A stretch of DNA of 59,223 nt, counting the filler. It is 8 parts of 8 records of this genome, joined end to end, with 100 filler letters (N's around TTAATTAATTAA, not from the genome) between each part and the next. Parts side by side here need not be neighbours in the genome. Positions count along the whole stretch, not along the records: positions 43,903 to 51,045 come from SRR31156797_24369; positions 51,146 to 59,223 come from SRR31156797_24394; 6 more parts are not named here. One strand, given 5' to 3'. Positions 48,258-57,767 of this stretch are shown here, in pieces. The notes beneath the pieces were generated by a model that worked only from the letters and a program-made list of their open reading frames with translations, made no database searches and was not told the DNA's origin. How positions within the stretch are numbered: position 1 is the stretch's first letter; every line of letters starts with the position of its first letter. Both the position numbers and the translations under genes were made by a program.

Positions 48258-49016
48258 TTAAACACTTCGGGGAAGTGAATCCAGCACGGCACGCAATGCT
48301 GAAATGATATCTCGCATTTCCCCGGATGACCGTATCCGGGGCCGCGTGGATTCCACTAACATATCACAGCGGATGTTTTTACGGGAAGGTCCCATGACGA
48401 TCACACGGTCGGCAAGGTACGCCGCCTCTTCCACACTGTGGGTAATATAGATCAGCGTTCGCCGGCGATGCTGCCAGATTTTGAGCAGTTCATCCTGGAG
48501 ATGCTCCCGGGCATTGGCGTCTAGATTGCTGAAAGGTTCATCCATGAGGAGCACCTTCGGTTCGAGCGCCAGGACTCGGGAAATGGCGGTCCGCTGACGC
48601 ATCCCTCCCGAAAGGGTGTGTGGATAAGCATCCGCGTGTGATGCCATCCCCACCAGGTCGAGATATTTCCGGGCGGTCTCGGCCATGGAGCCGTAGTTTA
48701 CGCCTCTTAAACGCAAAGCGAATTCCACATTTTTCCGCACCGTTAACCATGGGAAGAGGTTTGCATCCTGGAAAACAACACCCCGTTCCGGCCCGGGACC
48801 ATCAACGGGCGATTCGTCAAAGAAGACTTTGCCTTGTGAGGGCGTGATAAAACCGGCGACAAGATTCAACAGGGTCGTTTTGCCGCAACCGCTGGGGCCC
48901 AGGATACAGGCAAACTGTCGATCGGGGATGGTGAGACTGAGATTACAAAGAACCGGTACCGACCGTTTCCCCTCATTCCGATACCATTTGGAAACATTTT
49001 CCAGCCGAATCATCAT
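48258..49016 (-). CDS. NitT/TauT ABC ATP-binding protein
   Basis: GPSGCGKT, 'VFQDANLFPW', LSGGMRQR, DEPFSNLD, 'THSVEEA'. Confidence 0.93.
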   Translation of the reverse strand: MMIRLENVSKWYRNEGKRSVPVLCNLSLTIPDRQFACILGPSGCGKTTLLNLVAGFITPSQGKVFFDESPVDGPGPERGVVFQDANLFPWLTVRKNVEFALRLRGVNYGSMAETARKYLDLVGMASHADAYPHTLSGGMRQRTAISRVLALEPKVLLMDEPFSNLDANAREHLQDELLKIWQHRRRTLIYITHSVEEAAYLADRVIVMGPSRKNIRCDMLVESTRPRIRSSGEMRDIISALRAVLDSLPRSV

Positions 49017-49798
49017 TCCTGACGCTGAAGCGACCACCGTTCAACAGTGCGCTTCTCCAAGGGATTGAAAACCAGATGTTCCATCAGCAACCCCATGATG
49101 CAGATTACACATAGACAGGCGAAGGCGGCGGCGTAATCAAGGGTCCAGCGCGCCTGGATAATGGAGTAGCCGAGCCCCGTGCCGGCGCCCACGATCATTT
49201 CCGCCGCAACCAGAACCCGCCATCCGTTGCCGAGGCCGATCCTGAGACCACTGATGATGGACGGCATGGCGCCCGGCAGCAACACCTTAAACAGCATGGT
49301 CATCCGTCCCGCCCCCATCATCTGCGCCGCACGCACGAAGGTGGTGTCCAACCGTTTTACACCGTTTAAAACATTGATGGCCACGGGCGGAAAGGCGGTC
49401 ATGGCGATCATGAAAACCGTTGCGGTTTCGCCGATGCCGAAAATCAGGATGGCAACGGGGATCCAAGCCAACCCCGGAATCAACTGGAGAATATGTACGA
49501 TGGGAAAGGTTGCGGATTCAAGGGAGCGCGACCAACCCGAAAGCAGCCCGTAAATCACACCGGCAACGGCCGCCATGATGAATCCGGCCAGCCAACGGAC
49601 GGTACTGTCCGCAAAATGCCGATACAGGGTATGGTCGGAAAGGTTCTGCCCCCCCAGCAACGCGGTGAGTTTCATAATGGTGCTCCAAGGGGTCGGGAAC
49701 GGTACACCTCTCATGGCTGAAACCGTAAAAGCGACCAGCTGCCATACCACCAAAAAGATAATGATGGGAGTAAAACTCCGTATCATAAATCTGATCAT
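49013..49798 (-). CDS. NitT/TauT ABC permease
   Basis: 'IPGLAWIP', 'AAQMMGA', 'GLRIGLGNGWRVLVAAEM...GLG'. Confidence 0.93.
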   Translation of the reverse strand: MIRFMIRSFTPIIIFLVVWQLVAFTVSAMRGVPFPTPWSTIMKLTALLGGQNLSDHTLYRHFADSTVRWLAGFIMAAVAGVIYGLLSGWSRSLESATFPIVHILQLIPGLAWIPVAILIFGIGETATVFMIAMTAFPPVAINVLNGVKRLDTTFVRAAQMMGAGRMTMLFKVLLPGAMPSIISGLRIGLGNGWRVLVAAEMIVGAGTGLGYSIIQARWTLDYAAAFACLCVICIMGLLMEHLVFNPLEKRTVERWSLQRQE

Positions 49799-49850
49799 AT
49801 TAATGTCCGCCTGCGGGTTGCAACCAGAAATTCAAAGAATAGTGCTGGGA

Positions 49851-50255
49851 TCAGTGCGCTTCAATGATGCCGGGAAGAATGGCTTCAGGGAAACTCTGCC
49901 GCACCTGATTAAAAAACTTATCAATAAGGGACATCTGCCGGCTGAGGGTTCCAACCCATCGCCATAAGCATTCCTTACCGGCTTCCGTCAAATAATATTT
50001 CCGTTTGGGCCTCCCTTTTTCAGGTGTGTCCCATTCGGAGATGAGCATACCCCTTTTTTCCAAAAGATTCAGATGTCGGTAAAGACCGGTAATATTCATA
50101 CCCACATCCATCTCTTCCATGTATAAACCGATCCGCTTCTTGATCTCATAACCGTGCGTGCCACCGTGATTGAAAAGCGTAAGCAAAATCCAAGGAGCCG
50201 CCAGATTACTCATGCTTTTTCCGGAACACGGGCATTTTTCGATGCTTTGGGCCAT
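49851..50255 (-). CDS. PadR family regulator with N-terminal CPC motif
   Basis: 'HGYEI', 'LYRHL..LEKRG', 'RPKRKYYLTEAG'; N-terminus 'KCPCSG'. Confidence 0.9.
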   Translation of the reverse strand: MAQSIEKCPCSGKSMSNLAAPWILLTLFNHGGTHGYEIKKRIGLYMEEMDVGMNITGLYRHLNLLEKRGMLISEWDTPEKGRPKRKYYLTEAGKECLWRWVGTLSRQMSLIDKFFNQVRQSFPEAILPGIIEAH

Positions 50256-50269
50256 TCGATTCTATCCTC

Positions 50270-50291
50270 CAATGTAACATATCCTACATTG
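50270..50291. promoter_or_regulatory. Palindromic operator abutting the PadR RBS
   Basis: CAATGTA-N8-TACATTG; fits ATGT-Nx-ACAT-type PadR-family sites. Confidence 0.65.
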
Positions 50292-50382
50292 TATAATATA
50301 ACCGCAAAAAAAACAACATTCAAAGGAAATCAACCCGGCATCACCAAAAATTTTGTCAAATCCGTGAAGTTTCGGGTTAACA

Positions 50383-51045
50383 TCATGATGACGCTTCCGA
50401 ATAAGGCTGAAATACCCCCAGGCTTGACCAGGAGCCGGTTTCGGAGGCCTTCTCAATTCCTGCCATGGATTCCGGAGGCCCAATGAAAACCACAACATTT
50501 CGGTGCTGAATCCGATGGCGGGGAATATCCGTTTTTTCGATGGTCCAGTCGCCCATGACATAGTTGAAAATATGCATGCCGCTCCCGTCTTCCACAAACC
50601 CTTTGGCCCGAACCACTGAAGGAGGGAGTGCATCCGCAATTTCCTTTACTTCACGGATGTCTTTCCCATTCCATTGATATCCCACCGACATGAGCATATC
50701 CGGAGGCGTAATTTCAAGGTCCGGGCTGTCGAGCAAATCATCAAGGAACCGATCCAGTTCCGTATCCGACAACTTCGGTGTATGGGAAGATGGATCCGTC
50801 AGAGAGTCAGCCGGGGATGCTCCTCCCTCATCCAGTTCCAGAAAACGTTCCAGCGGAATATCCGCATAGGTGGTTTCGAAAAAAAGGGGGTCGGGATGAA
50901 ACCGGGCGATAATCTTTTTGGTTTCTTCAATCTTTTCGTGCGGCGCCGTATCCGTTTTGTTGATAATGAACACACTGGAGGAAGCGATCTGTTTCTCCAG
51001 GGACGCATAAACCTCATAAGCATCTACGAAATGAGCGGCATCCAC
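50383..51045 (-). CDS. CobW/COG0523 GTPase, C-terminal part (5' truncated)
   Basis: 'VDA...QI...IINKTD' G4 motif and CobW_C 'VVRAKGFV...VVFIG'; the TGA stop is followed by TGT TAA. Confidence 0.85.
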   Translation of the reverse strand: MDAAHFVDAYEVYASLEKQIASSSVFIINKTDTAPHEKIEETKKIIARFHPDPLFFETTYADIPLERFLELDEGGASPADSLTDPSSHTPKLSDTELDRFLDDLLDSPDLEITPPDMLMSVGYQWNGKDIREVKEIADALPPSVVRAKGFVEDGSGMHIFNYVMGDWTIEKTDIPRHRIQHRNVVVFIGPPESMAGIEKASETGSWSSLGVFQPYSEASS

Positions 51046-51200
51046 NNNNNNNNNNNNNNNNNNNNNNNNNNNNNNNNNNNNNNNNNNNNTTAATTAATTA
51101 ANNNNNNNNNNNNNNNNNNNNNNNNNNNNNNNNNNNNNNNNNNNNAATCCCAAACTTTTTTAATAAGGCTTCGCCACTGGGTCTCCCAGAAGGAGTTACC

Positions 51201-52559
51201 ATGACCACCAAAAGTAAAAACTATACCTCAACAACCAATGCCTGCAAACTTTGCACACCTCTTGGCGCATCACTCGCCTTTCGCGGCGTGGAAGGTTCCA
51301 TTCCTTTTCTGCACGGTTCACAGGGCTGCGCTACTTACATGCGCCGCTACATCATCAGCCATTTCCGTGAACCTGTAGATATTGCTTCCTCTGCTCTGGG
51401 TGAAAAGCACGCCATTTACGGCGGCGGCCCGAACCTTAAAAAAGGCATCCTCAATGTCATGAAAAAGTATGAGCCGAAAATCATCGGCGTAGCCACCACC
51501 TGTTTGACCGAAACCATCGGCGACGACGTACCCATGTACCTAAAGGAATTTTTTGATGAATTCGGCGACTTGAATCTACCTGATATCGTGCAGGTTTCCA
51601 CACCCAGCTACAACGGCACCCACGTGGACGGCTGGCACGGAGCGGTGCGCTCCATGGTCGAGCAGCTTTGTACAGAGAAGGCAAAAAACGACGGACACAT
51701 CAACATCATGCCCAACATGGTTTCCTGCGAAGATGTACGCCACCTCTTTGATATTTGCGATGATTTCGACCTGAAAGCAACCATCCTGCCTGATATTTCC
51801 GAAACTCTAGATGGCCCTGCACTGGAAGATTACATGAAAATCCCGGTCGGCGGCACTCCGGTTGAAGATATCAAGAAAATGTCCGGCGCGGCGGCAACCA
51901 TCGAACTCGGCCGCTGTGTACCCGCCAAGAGCGGCGGAACAAGTCTCTACGAGAGGTTCGGCGTGGCAAACCATCGCATCGGGCTGCCTATGGGACTGCG
52001 CGAATCAGATATTTTCTTCGAAACACTTGAGGCCGTTTCCGGCAAGGAAATGCCCGCACGTTACGAACGCGAACGGGGAAGGTTGATTGATGCATATGTG
52101 GACGGCCATAAATACGTATTCGGCAAACGGGCAGTTGTTTACGGCGAGGAAGACCTCGTGACCGGACTGTGTGCATTTCTGGCTGAGATAGGCGTGGACG
52201 TGATCCTTGCCGGCTCCGGAGCCAAGAAAAAAGGCATGGCCGAAGCTGTCTACGCCGTAACCGAAGGCGTAGGCAAGACCATCCCCGAAATCCACGAAGG
52301 CGTTGATTTCCACGACATTGCCGAACGAGCTGAAGAGTTAAAGCCCGATATGCTCATCGGACATTCCAAGGGCTACCGCTACGCCAAAGCATGGGACATC
52401 CCGCTGATCCGGGTTGGCTTCCCGGTGCATGACCGCTTCGGCGGGCAGCGCATTCCGACCCTCGGCTATCGCGGGACGCAGCACCTCTTCGACCGCATCG
52501 TCAACGCCATGCTGGAGAAGAAGCAGACCGCTAGCCCGGTTGGCTATGGATATATGTAA
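51201..52559 (+). CDS. nifN: Nitrogenase FeMo-co scaffold beta subunit NifN
   Basis: 'NACKLCTPLGA', 'HGSQGCATY', 'HFREP.DIASS', 'TTCLTETIGDD', 'GFPVHDR'; directly upstream of nifB. Confidence 0.85.
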   Translation: MTTKSKNYTSTTNACKLCTPLGASLAFRGVEGSIPFLHGSQGCATYMRRYIISHFREPVDIASSALGEKHAIYGGGPNLKKGILNVMKKYEPKIIGVATTCLTETIGDDVPMYLKEFFDEFGDLNLPDIVQVSTPSYNGTHVDGWHGAVRSMVEQLCTEKAKNDGHINIMPNMVSCEDVRHLFDICDDFDLKATILPDISETLDGPALEDYMKIPVGGTPVEDIKKMSGAAATIELGRCVPAKSGGTSLYERFGVANHRIGLPMGLRESDIFFETLEAVSGKEMPARYERERGRLIDAYVDGHKYVFGKRAVVYGEEDLVTGLCAFLAEIGVDVILAGSGAKKKGMAEAVYAVTEGVGKTIPEIHEGVDFHDIAERAEELKPDMLIGHSKGYRYAKAWDIPLIRVGFPVHDRFGGQRIPTLGYRGTQHLFDRIVNAMLEKKQTASPVGYGYM

Positions 52560-52585
52560 GAAACTAATTTTAAGGGAGATATACC

Positions 52586-53857
52586 ATGCAGAAAGATACT
52601 ACTAAACACCCGTGCTTTAACAAAGAAACCGCAGGCTCCTGTGGACGTGTACATCTCCCGGTAGCCCCCAAGTGCAATATCCAGTGCAACTACTGCAACC
52701 GCAAATATGATTGCGTTAACGAATCACGCCCCGGCGTTACCAGTTCCGTGCTTAAACCTTTTCAGGCTGCTGAATACATAAACACAGTGCTGAAAAAGGA
52801 ACCGCGCATCACCGTTGCGGGAATCGCAGGACCGGGCGATCCTTTTGCCAACCCGGAAGAGACACTGGAAACCATGCGACTGCTTAACAAAAAACACCCA
52901 CAGCTTATCTTCTGCCTTTCTTCCAATGGCATGGGCATCCTCCCTTATCTGGATGAGCTAAAAGAACTGGACGTATCGCACGTAACCATCACCATCAGCG
53001 CGGTTGATCCGGTCATCGGGGCCAAGATTTATTCCTGGGTCAAAGACGACAAGGTTGTTTACCACGGGGTTAAAGGCGCAAAGATTCTTCTTGAACGCCA
53101 GCTTGCAGCCATCAAAGGACTAAAACAGCGGGGCATCACCGTAAAAGTAAACTCCATCGTCATCCCCGGCATCAATGACCAGCATATTCCCGAAGTTTCA
53201 AGGGTCTGTGCCGAGCTTGGAGCGGACATCCAGAACATGATCCCGCTTAAGCCGACAGCAGATACTCCTTTTGCGAAGATCAACGAACCGGGACATAAAA
53301 CCATCGGTCCCCTGCGCAAAGAAGCGGGCAAATTAATAAAGCAGATGACCCATTGCCGCCGTTGCCGTGCTGACGCTGTCGGCCTGTTGGGTGAAGATAA
53401 ATCCGTGTCTCTCTGCGGAACCCTAAAATCCTGTTCTGAACTGCCCCCCATTGATCTGAAAAACCCACGCCCCTATGTGGCGGTGGCTTCCCGCGAAGGC
53501 ATGCTGGTCAACCAACATCTTGGCGAGGCAAGGGATTTCCATATCTGGGCAGAAAATGAGGATGACAGCTTCAAGCTAGTGGAGAAACGGCCCGCGCCCA
53601 AAGCTGGATGCGGCCCCCAGCGCTGGACTGACCTTGCAGCCACCCTCAGAGACTGTCGCGCAGTGCTGGCAGCAGCCATCGGAGAAACTCCGCAGGCAAA
53701 GCTGGCTGAGAACGGCATAGAGCCGCACGTAATCGGTGGTTTTATCGAGGATGCACTGCGTACTGTCTACAGTGGCGGAAACATGGATATTCATAAGGGA
53801 CGTCGTGGTAGTATAGCCGATGCATGTTGTACCGGAACAGGAACAAAATGCGGCTAA
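52586..53857 (+). CDS. nifB: Nitrogenase cofactor biosynthesis radical SAM protein NifB with NifX-like domain
   Basis: 'HPC', CxxxCxxC 'CNIQCNYC', 'ESRPG', 'AGPGD', 'CRRCRADA', C-terminal 'VNQHLGEA'. Confidence 0.95.
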   Translation: MQKDTTKHPCFNKETAGSCGRVHLPVAPKCNIQCNYCNRKYDCVNESRPGVTSSVLKPFQAAEYINTVLKKEPRITVAGIAGPGDPFANPEETLETMRLLNKKHPQLIFCLSSNGMGILPYLDELKELDVSHVTITISAVDPVIGAKIYSWVKDDKVVYHGVKGAKILLERQLAAIKGLKQRGITVKVNSIVIPGINDQHIPEVSRVCAELGADIQNMIPLKPTADTPFAKINEPGHKTIGPLRKEAGKLIKQMTHCRRCRADAVGLLGEDKSVSLCGTLKSCSELPPIDLKNPRPYVAVASREGMLVNQHLGEARDFHIWAENEDDSFKLVEKRPAPKAGCGPQRWTDLAATLRDCRAVLAAAIGETPQAKLAENGIEPHVIGGFIEDALRTVYSGGNMDIHKGRRGSIADACCTGTGTKCG

Positions 53858-53912
53858 TTTATCAAAATTGCTCCGTGTTGATTTTGTTCAAAAAACAAGA
53901 TCAACAACACTG

Positions 53913-53954
53913 TGAAGTCCCTGCCAAGTTGCTCTGGCAGGGACTTCATTTTTT
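53913..53954 (+). terminator. Intrinsic terminator after nifB
   Basis: TGAAGTCCCTGCCA-N8-TGGCAGGGACTTCA-TTTTTT. Confidence 0.85.
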
Positions 53955-54072
53955 TAAAGAATAGACATTATCCGACAACGAAAAAACGAAATCTCCACCA
54001 AATACAGAGATTCCGTTTTTTGTCAGCCTCAATCCCGATGACCGCGGCATCAGCCAAACAGAAAATATTCTA

Positions 54073-55716
54073 TCAGCTTTTCATACGCCGCAGCCGCGCG
54101 CGCCCCTCGGCAATCATAGGTTCAAGACTATAGCGTTTGACTCGATACCCCATCTGACGGGCGGAAAGTCCCAATTTTTCGGCGGCCTTGTATTGAATCC
54201 AGCCACTACGCTCCAGAGCAGCGACAACTTCATTGCGTTCCACTTCTTTGAGCGAGGTACAGTGAGGATGTGTGTCATTGAGAGCAAGAATGCCGACCTC
54301 TCCAGCAGAACTACCGGACACCCCGCGCTGACTCGGCGCAAGATAAGACTTAAGAAATTCAAGGTTGATATATTCGGAGTCAGACATAATCACCAGCCGT
54401 TCCAGCAGATTCTGCATTTCGCGTACATTGCCCGGCCAATCGTAAAGTATGAGTGAGTCAAGAGCCGCCGGGGTAAAAAACATTTTACGCCCGTAATCCT
54501 CAGCCATTTTCTGGATGAAATGATTAAGTAATCCGGTAATATCCTCTTTGCGATCACGCAGGGGCGGTACGGTAATGGGAAAAATATTCAATCGGTAATA
54601 AAGGTCCAGCCGGAATTCATTACGCTCCACCAACTCCCCAATATTGCGGTTAGTAGCGGCAAGAATACGTACATCGATGTTACGGGTCTTATTTGAACCA
54701 ATCCTTTCCAGCTCTTTTTCCTGCAAAACCCGCAAAAGCTTAGCCTGCAAATTCATGGGAAATTCACCGATTTCATCAAGAAAAATTGTCCCGCCGTCAG
54801 CTTCTTCAAAACGTCCCGGACGGGTGGAAGCCGCCCCGGTAAATGACCCTTTCTCATGACCGAAAAGTTCGGACTCCAGAAGGTTTTCCGGAATCGAAGC
54901 ACAGTTAACCTTGATAAACGGATGACTGCTGCGGTCAGAAAGCTCATGGATGATCTTGGCCATGAGGGTTTTACCCACACCTGACTCACCAAGCAGCAGG
55001 ACAGTAGCCTTGGTGGGGGCAACCTTTTCCAGCTGCCGCTGGACCTCAACCATAACCGAACTCTGCCCTACAATATATAACCCCTTTGATTTTTTCGAAA
55101 TCTGGTATTTGAGCGAGGTATTTTCACGCTTGAGCACAGCTTCACGCTCAAGAACCTGCTTATTCAGACTGATGAATTGACCGATAAGGGTGGCCACAAT
55201 TTTCAAAAAATCAATATCCTCTTCAGCAGCAACTTCATCGCCGAAGATGCGGTCAACGTTGAGCACACCAATTGGCTCGCCATGCAAAGTGATTGGCACA
55301 CCAATAAATCCGGTTTTAGCCCGCTCAATTTTGCGGGCTCCAGTCTTATCCAGAAAAAGAGGTTCCTTGCTGATATCCGGAACAGAGTAAGGCTCAACGG
55401 TCTGAAAAATACGCCCGGTAACCCCTTCGTCAAGGCGGTAAATTCCCCGCTGCTTTTCTTCAAGAGAAAGACCGTAGGAAGCATTAATCGAAAGCTGTTT
55501 TGTTTCAGGGTCGTACAGAGTTATTGTAGCCCGCTTCATACTCAAATTTTCAGAGAGAATACTAAGCACACCATCAAGGGCAGACTCCAAATCAAGCGCC
55601 TGCTCAATGGCCTGACAAATAGCCAGTAGCGCGGAAAGTTTCAATCCGTGTAATGAAGGATACATACCCTGATTAAGCAAATGCTGTACCAGCTCCATTG
55701 AATATGAAAACGGCAT
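54073..55716 (-). CDS. nifA: Sigma-54 activator NifA (GAF-AAA+-HTH)
   Basis: GAF domain, GESGVGKT, '[15 protein letters not shown]', 'WPGNVRE', Fis-type HTH; adjacent to nif genes; possible start 55665. Confidence 0.88.
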   Translation of the reverse strand: MPFSYSMELVQHLLNQGMYPSLHGLKLSALLAICQAIEQALDLESALDGVLSILSENLSMKRATITLYDPETKQLSINASYGLSLEEKQRGIYRLDEGVTGRIFQTVEPYSVPDISKEPLFLDKTGARKIERAKTGFIGVPITLHGEPIGVLNVDRIFGDEVAAEEDIDFLKIVATLIGQFISLNKQVLEREAVLKRENTSLKYQISKKSKGLYIVGQSSVMVEVQRQLEKVAPTKATVLLLGESGVGKTLMAKIIHELSDRSSHPFIKVNCASIPENLLESELFGHEKGSFTGAASTRPGRFEEADGGTIFLDEIGEFPMNLQAKLLRVLQEKELERIGSNKTRNIDVRILAATNRNIGELVERNEFRLDLYYRLNIFPITVPPLRDRKEDITGLLNHFIQKMAEDYGRKMFFTPAALDSLILYDWPGNVREMQNLLERLVIMSDSEYINLEFLKSYLAPSQRGVSGSSAGEVGILALNDTHPHCTSLKEVERNEVVAALERSGWIQYKAAEKLGLSARQMGYRVKRYSLEPMIAEGRARLRRMKS

Positions 55717-55971
55717 TATTCAAGCAGGTTAACTCAACGTAAGCCGCAACAGAAACGACAATTATGTTAAACAGACACTTATGATCAACATTTATGGAAA
55801 AACAAAATACGTAATGCTGCTGATGTTTACCGCATGGTGGGCACTACTCTGCTGAATGATGTTCAGAAGAAGGTCCAGCTTGAGTTTCAAGATGGACCTT
55901 TTATTTTATTGACGTCAATATTTTTATAGCCATAATAAGAACGACGACACAAACCTTTTCAAAAATAGGGG

Positions 55972-56220
55972 ATGAAAACTATGAAAAAAAAGACCTTGAT
56001 TGCCTATACCGTTATAGTTCTCATTCTTGGGGCGTTGCTTGGCGGAGCCATTACAGGATGGGCTATGAATACTGTCGCGACACTCGGTGTAGGTCCGTAT
56101 CGGATCAAGGCTGCCTATTGGAATGAGAATAAAGTTTTGGTTCAGGTCTTAGCTCCCAAAGTTATTGAAAGCGTTAAGCAGGACTCTGGAAGGACAGTGT
56201 CTATCATACTAAGAGATTAA
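55972..56220 (+). CDS. Small hypothetical membrane-anchored protein
   Basis: 82 aa, basic N-terminus plus TM helix, AGGGG RBS. Confidence 0.6.
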   Translation: MKTMKKKTLIAYTVIVLILGALLGGAITGWAMNTVATLGVGPYRIKAAYWNENKVLVQVLAPKVIESVKQDSGRTVSIILRD

Positions 56221-56358
56221 TTAATCTTTATCTGGTGTGTGGAATATTTTCATCCCCCCCGGACCCCACTCACCTAATTCATGTGAAGGAGTAATGATGG
56301 GTTGGGCCGGAACACATCTTTCCGAGGATAAACGCAAGACCATAGCGCATCCACAAAA

Positions 56359-56388
56359 GAAAGGCCGCATAAGCGGCCTTTCTTTTCA
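56359..56388. terminator. Bidirectional intrinsic terminator
   Basis: GAAAGGCCGC-ATAA-GCGGCCTTTC with flanking A and T runs between convergent genes. Confidence 0.8.
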
Positions 56389-56408
56389 TCATATCTCGAA
56401 AAATCTTT

Positions 56409-56822
56409 CTACAAAATCTCAGACTTCCTAAACTTCAGAGCCAACCCGGCAAATACCAGCAGGACTACATCGCGAGCAATCGTCATCTGCATATCAGAAG
56501 CAGTGGAAGCATCCGTGGAGAAACATCCGCAGGCCACGTCTATGCCGCGATAAAGGTTAGCCGAGAGCGCGGCGATGAAAACAAGCAGCATAGTCACCAG
56601 AATCGCCACCGCAGCATCTATAAACACACCACAGACCAGCATGGCTCCGCAAACAAATTCCAGCCACGGCAAGAAGAAAGCCACGGGGCCGACCATCATT
56701 TCCGGCAAGATCTGATAATTCTTGATTATCTCAGCGAAAGCCAGCGGGTCAACAATCTTATCCAGACTGGCGACAATAAAAACAATCCCGAGAAGAATAC
56801 GGGGTAATGATCTAAATTCCAT
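56409..56822 (-). CDS. MauE/DoxX family membrane protein
   Basis: 'RILLGIVFIVASLDKI..P..F', 'LPWLE', 'RGIDVACGCF', 'RD'. Confidence 0.9.
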   Translation of the reverse strand: MEFRSLPRILLGIVFIVASLDKIVDPLAFAEIIKNYQILPEMMVGPVAFFLPWLEFVCGAMLVCGVFIDAAVAILVTMLLVFIAALSANLYRGIDVACGCFSTDASTASDMQMTIARDVVLLVFAGLALKFRKSEIL

Positions 56823-57292
56823 TAGTTTGCCTCCAAATCCATTCCGGCTCCGATCCAGCCGTCTATGCCTTCAGTATACACTGCCACATCCCTGAATCCC
56901 TGCGCCACCAGCTTCTTGGCTACGATAAGGCTTTTACCGCAAGAAAGACCGTCACAATAAATTATCACCGGAAGATTTCGATCAATCTTGGCTGCCTGCA
57001 TCGCCAGTTCATCCCCTTCCATATAAACGGTAATATTCAGCGCACCGGGAATATGGCCCATGGCGAATTCCATGTCGCTACGGGCGTCCACGAAAAAATA
57101 TTTCCCGGCAGTATAGTCCTGCAACAGATCAGCAGTGCCGATCTCCCCTATCTCGGGCGGCTGCGGATGGCTAAGCTCCGCAAAGGTATATGGTTTGAGG
57201 CGGGCAGCATTAAAAGCCACTGCCAGACCGCCGGAAAGGGCACATATCAAGATTACTTTAACCAAAAACCCGGTTACTTTACCAAACTTCAT
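56822..57292 (-). CDS. Membrane-anchored rhodanese-domain protein
   Basis: 'FVDARS..EF..GHIPGA.NI', active loop 'YCDGLSCGKS', 'EGIDGW'. Confidence 0.9.
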   Translation of the reverse strand: MKFGKVTGFLVKVILICALSGGLAVAFNAARLKPYTFAELSHPQPPEIGEIGTADLLQDYTAGKYFFVDARSDMEFAMGHIPGALNITVYMEGDELAMQAAKIDRNLPVIIYCDGLSCGKSLIVAKKLVAQGFRDVAVYTEGIDGWIGAGMDLEAN

Positions 57293-57408
57293 TAGATTCG
57301 CCTGATTTTGAATTAATGATCATCCCGCAGGATTTCATAATAACAATTTGAAAAAAGATTGCACCGATTCATTCTGGAATGCAAGCACACCTCAAAAATT
57401 GGATAATA

Positions 57409-57439
57409 AAAAAGGGTGTGTTCGTGAAGAACACACCCT
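57409..57439 (-). terminator. Terminator of the SRP RNA gene
   Basis: Minus strand AGGGTGTGTTC-TTCAC-GAACACACCCT-TTTT. Confidence 0.8.
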
Positions 57440-57444
57440 GCTTT

Positions 57445-57535
57445 CAGCGAGACCGGACACCCGGGATAAACCGTTACCGCTGCTTCCTTTCGGACCTGAC
57501 GGGATTCACAGCGCACCCGCCGTCCGGCCTCTCTG
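57445..57535 (-). ncRNA. ffs: Signal recognition particle RNA (4.5S)
   Basis: Minus strand contains the conserved helix-8 core CCCGTCAGGTCCGAAAGGAAGCAGCGG, closed by GAGGCCGGAC/GTCCGGTCTC; TTGACA promoter at 57598-57593. Confidence 0.93.
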
Positions 57536-57767
57536 TCAAAAAACTTTTCGTCGCTGCGACGAGATGAAATACCTATTGATTCCGGCTGAAACTGTCAAGC
57601 CTTATTACTGAAAATTATAACTTATTTTTAAAATTACTTTAAAAATGGTTCCTTACAGCTATTGCAAAATTCGAAAATTCAACGAGCCCCCCTTTATCTC
57701 AGCCCTTGTTTCTGCTTAACTATACAGACTCAGCCACACAAAATAAATCCTAATTCCGGAGAGAAAT

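Noticed and set aside
44033-55629. Many overlapping antisense or alternate-frame ORFs in the GC-richer contigs
   Set aside because: They are shadows of well-supported genes and show no motifs or RBS.
55781-55929. Short ORFs upstream of nifA
   Set aside because: Only a 24-aa frame and a start-less frame are present, with no RBS or recognisable motif; at most a gene remnant.
57313-57611. Three short ORFs over 57313-57611, and the 93-aa ORF over 58937-59218
   Set aside because: They overlap the SRP RNA gene and the FMN riboswitch, which explain the sequence.
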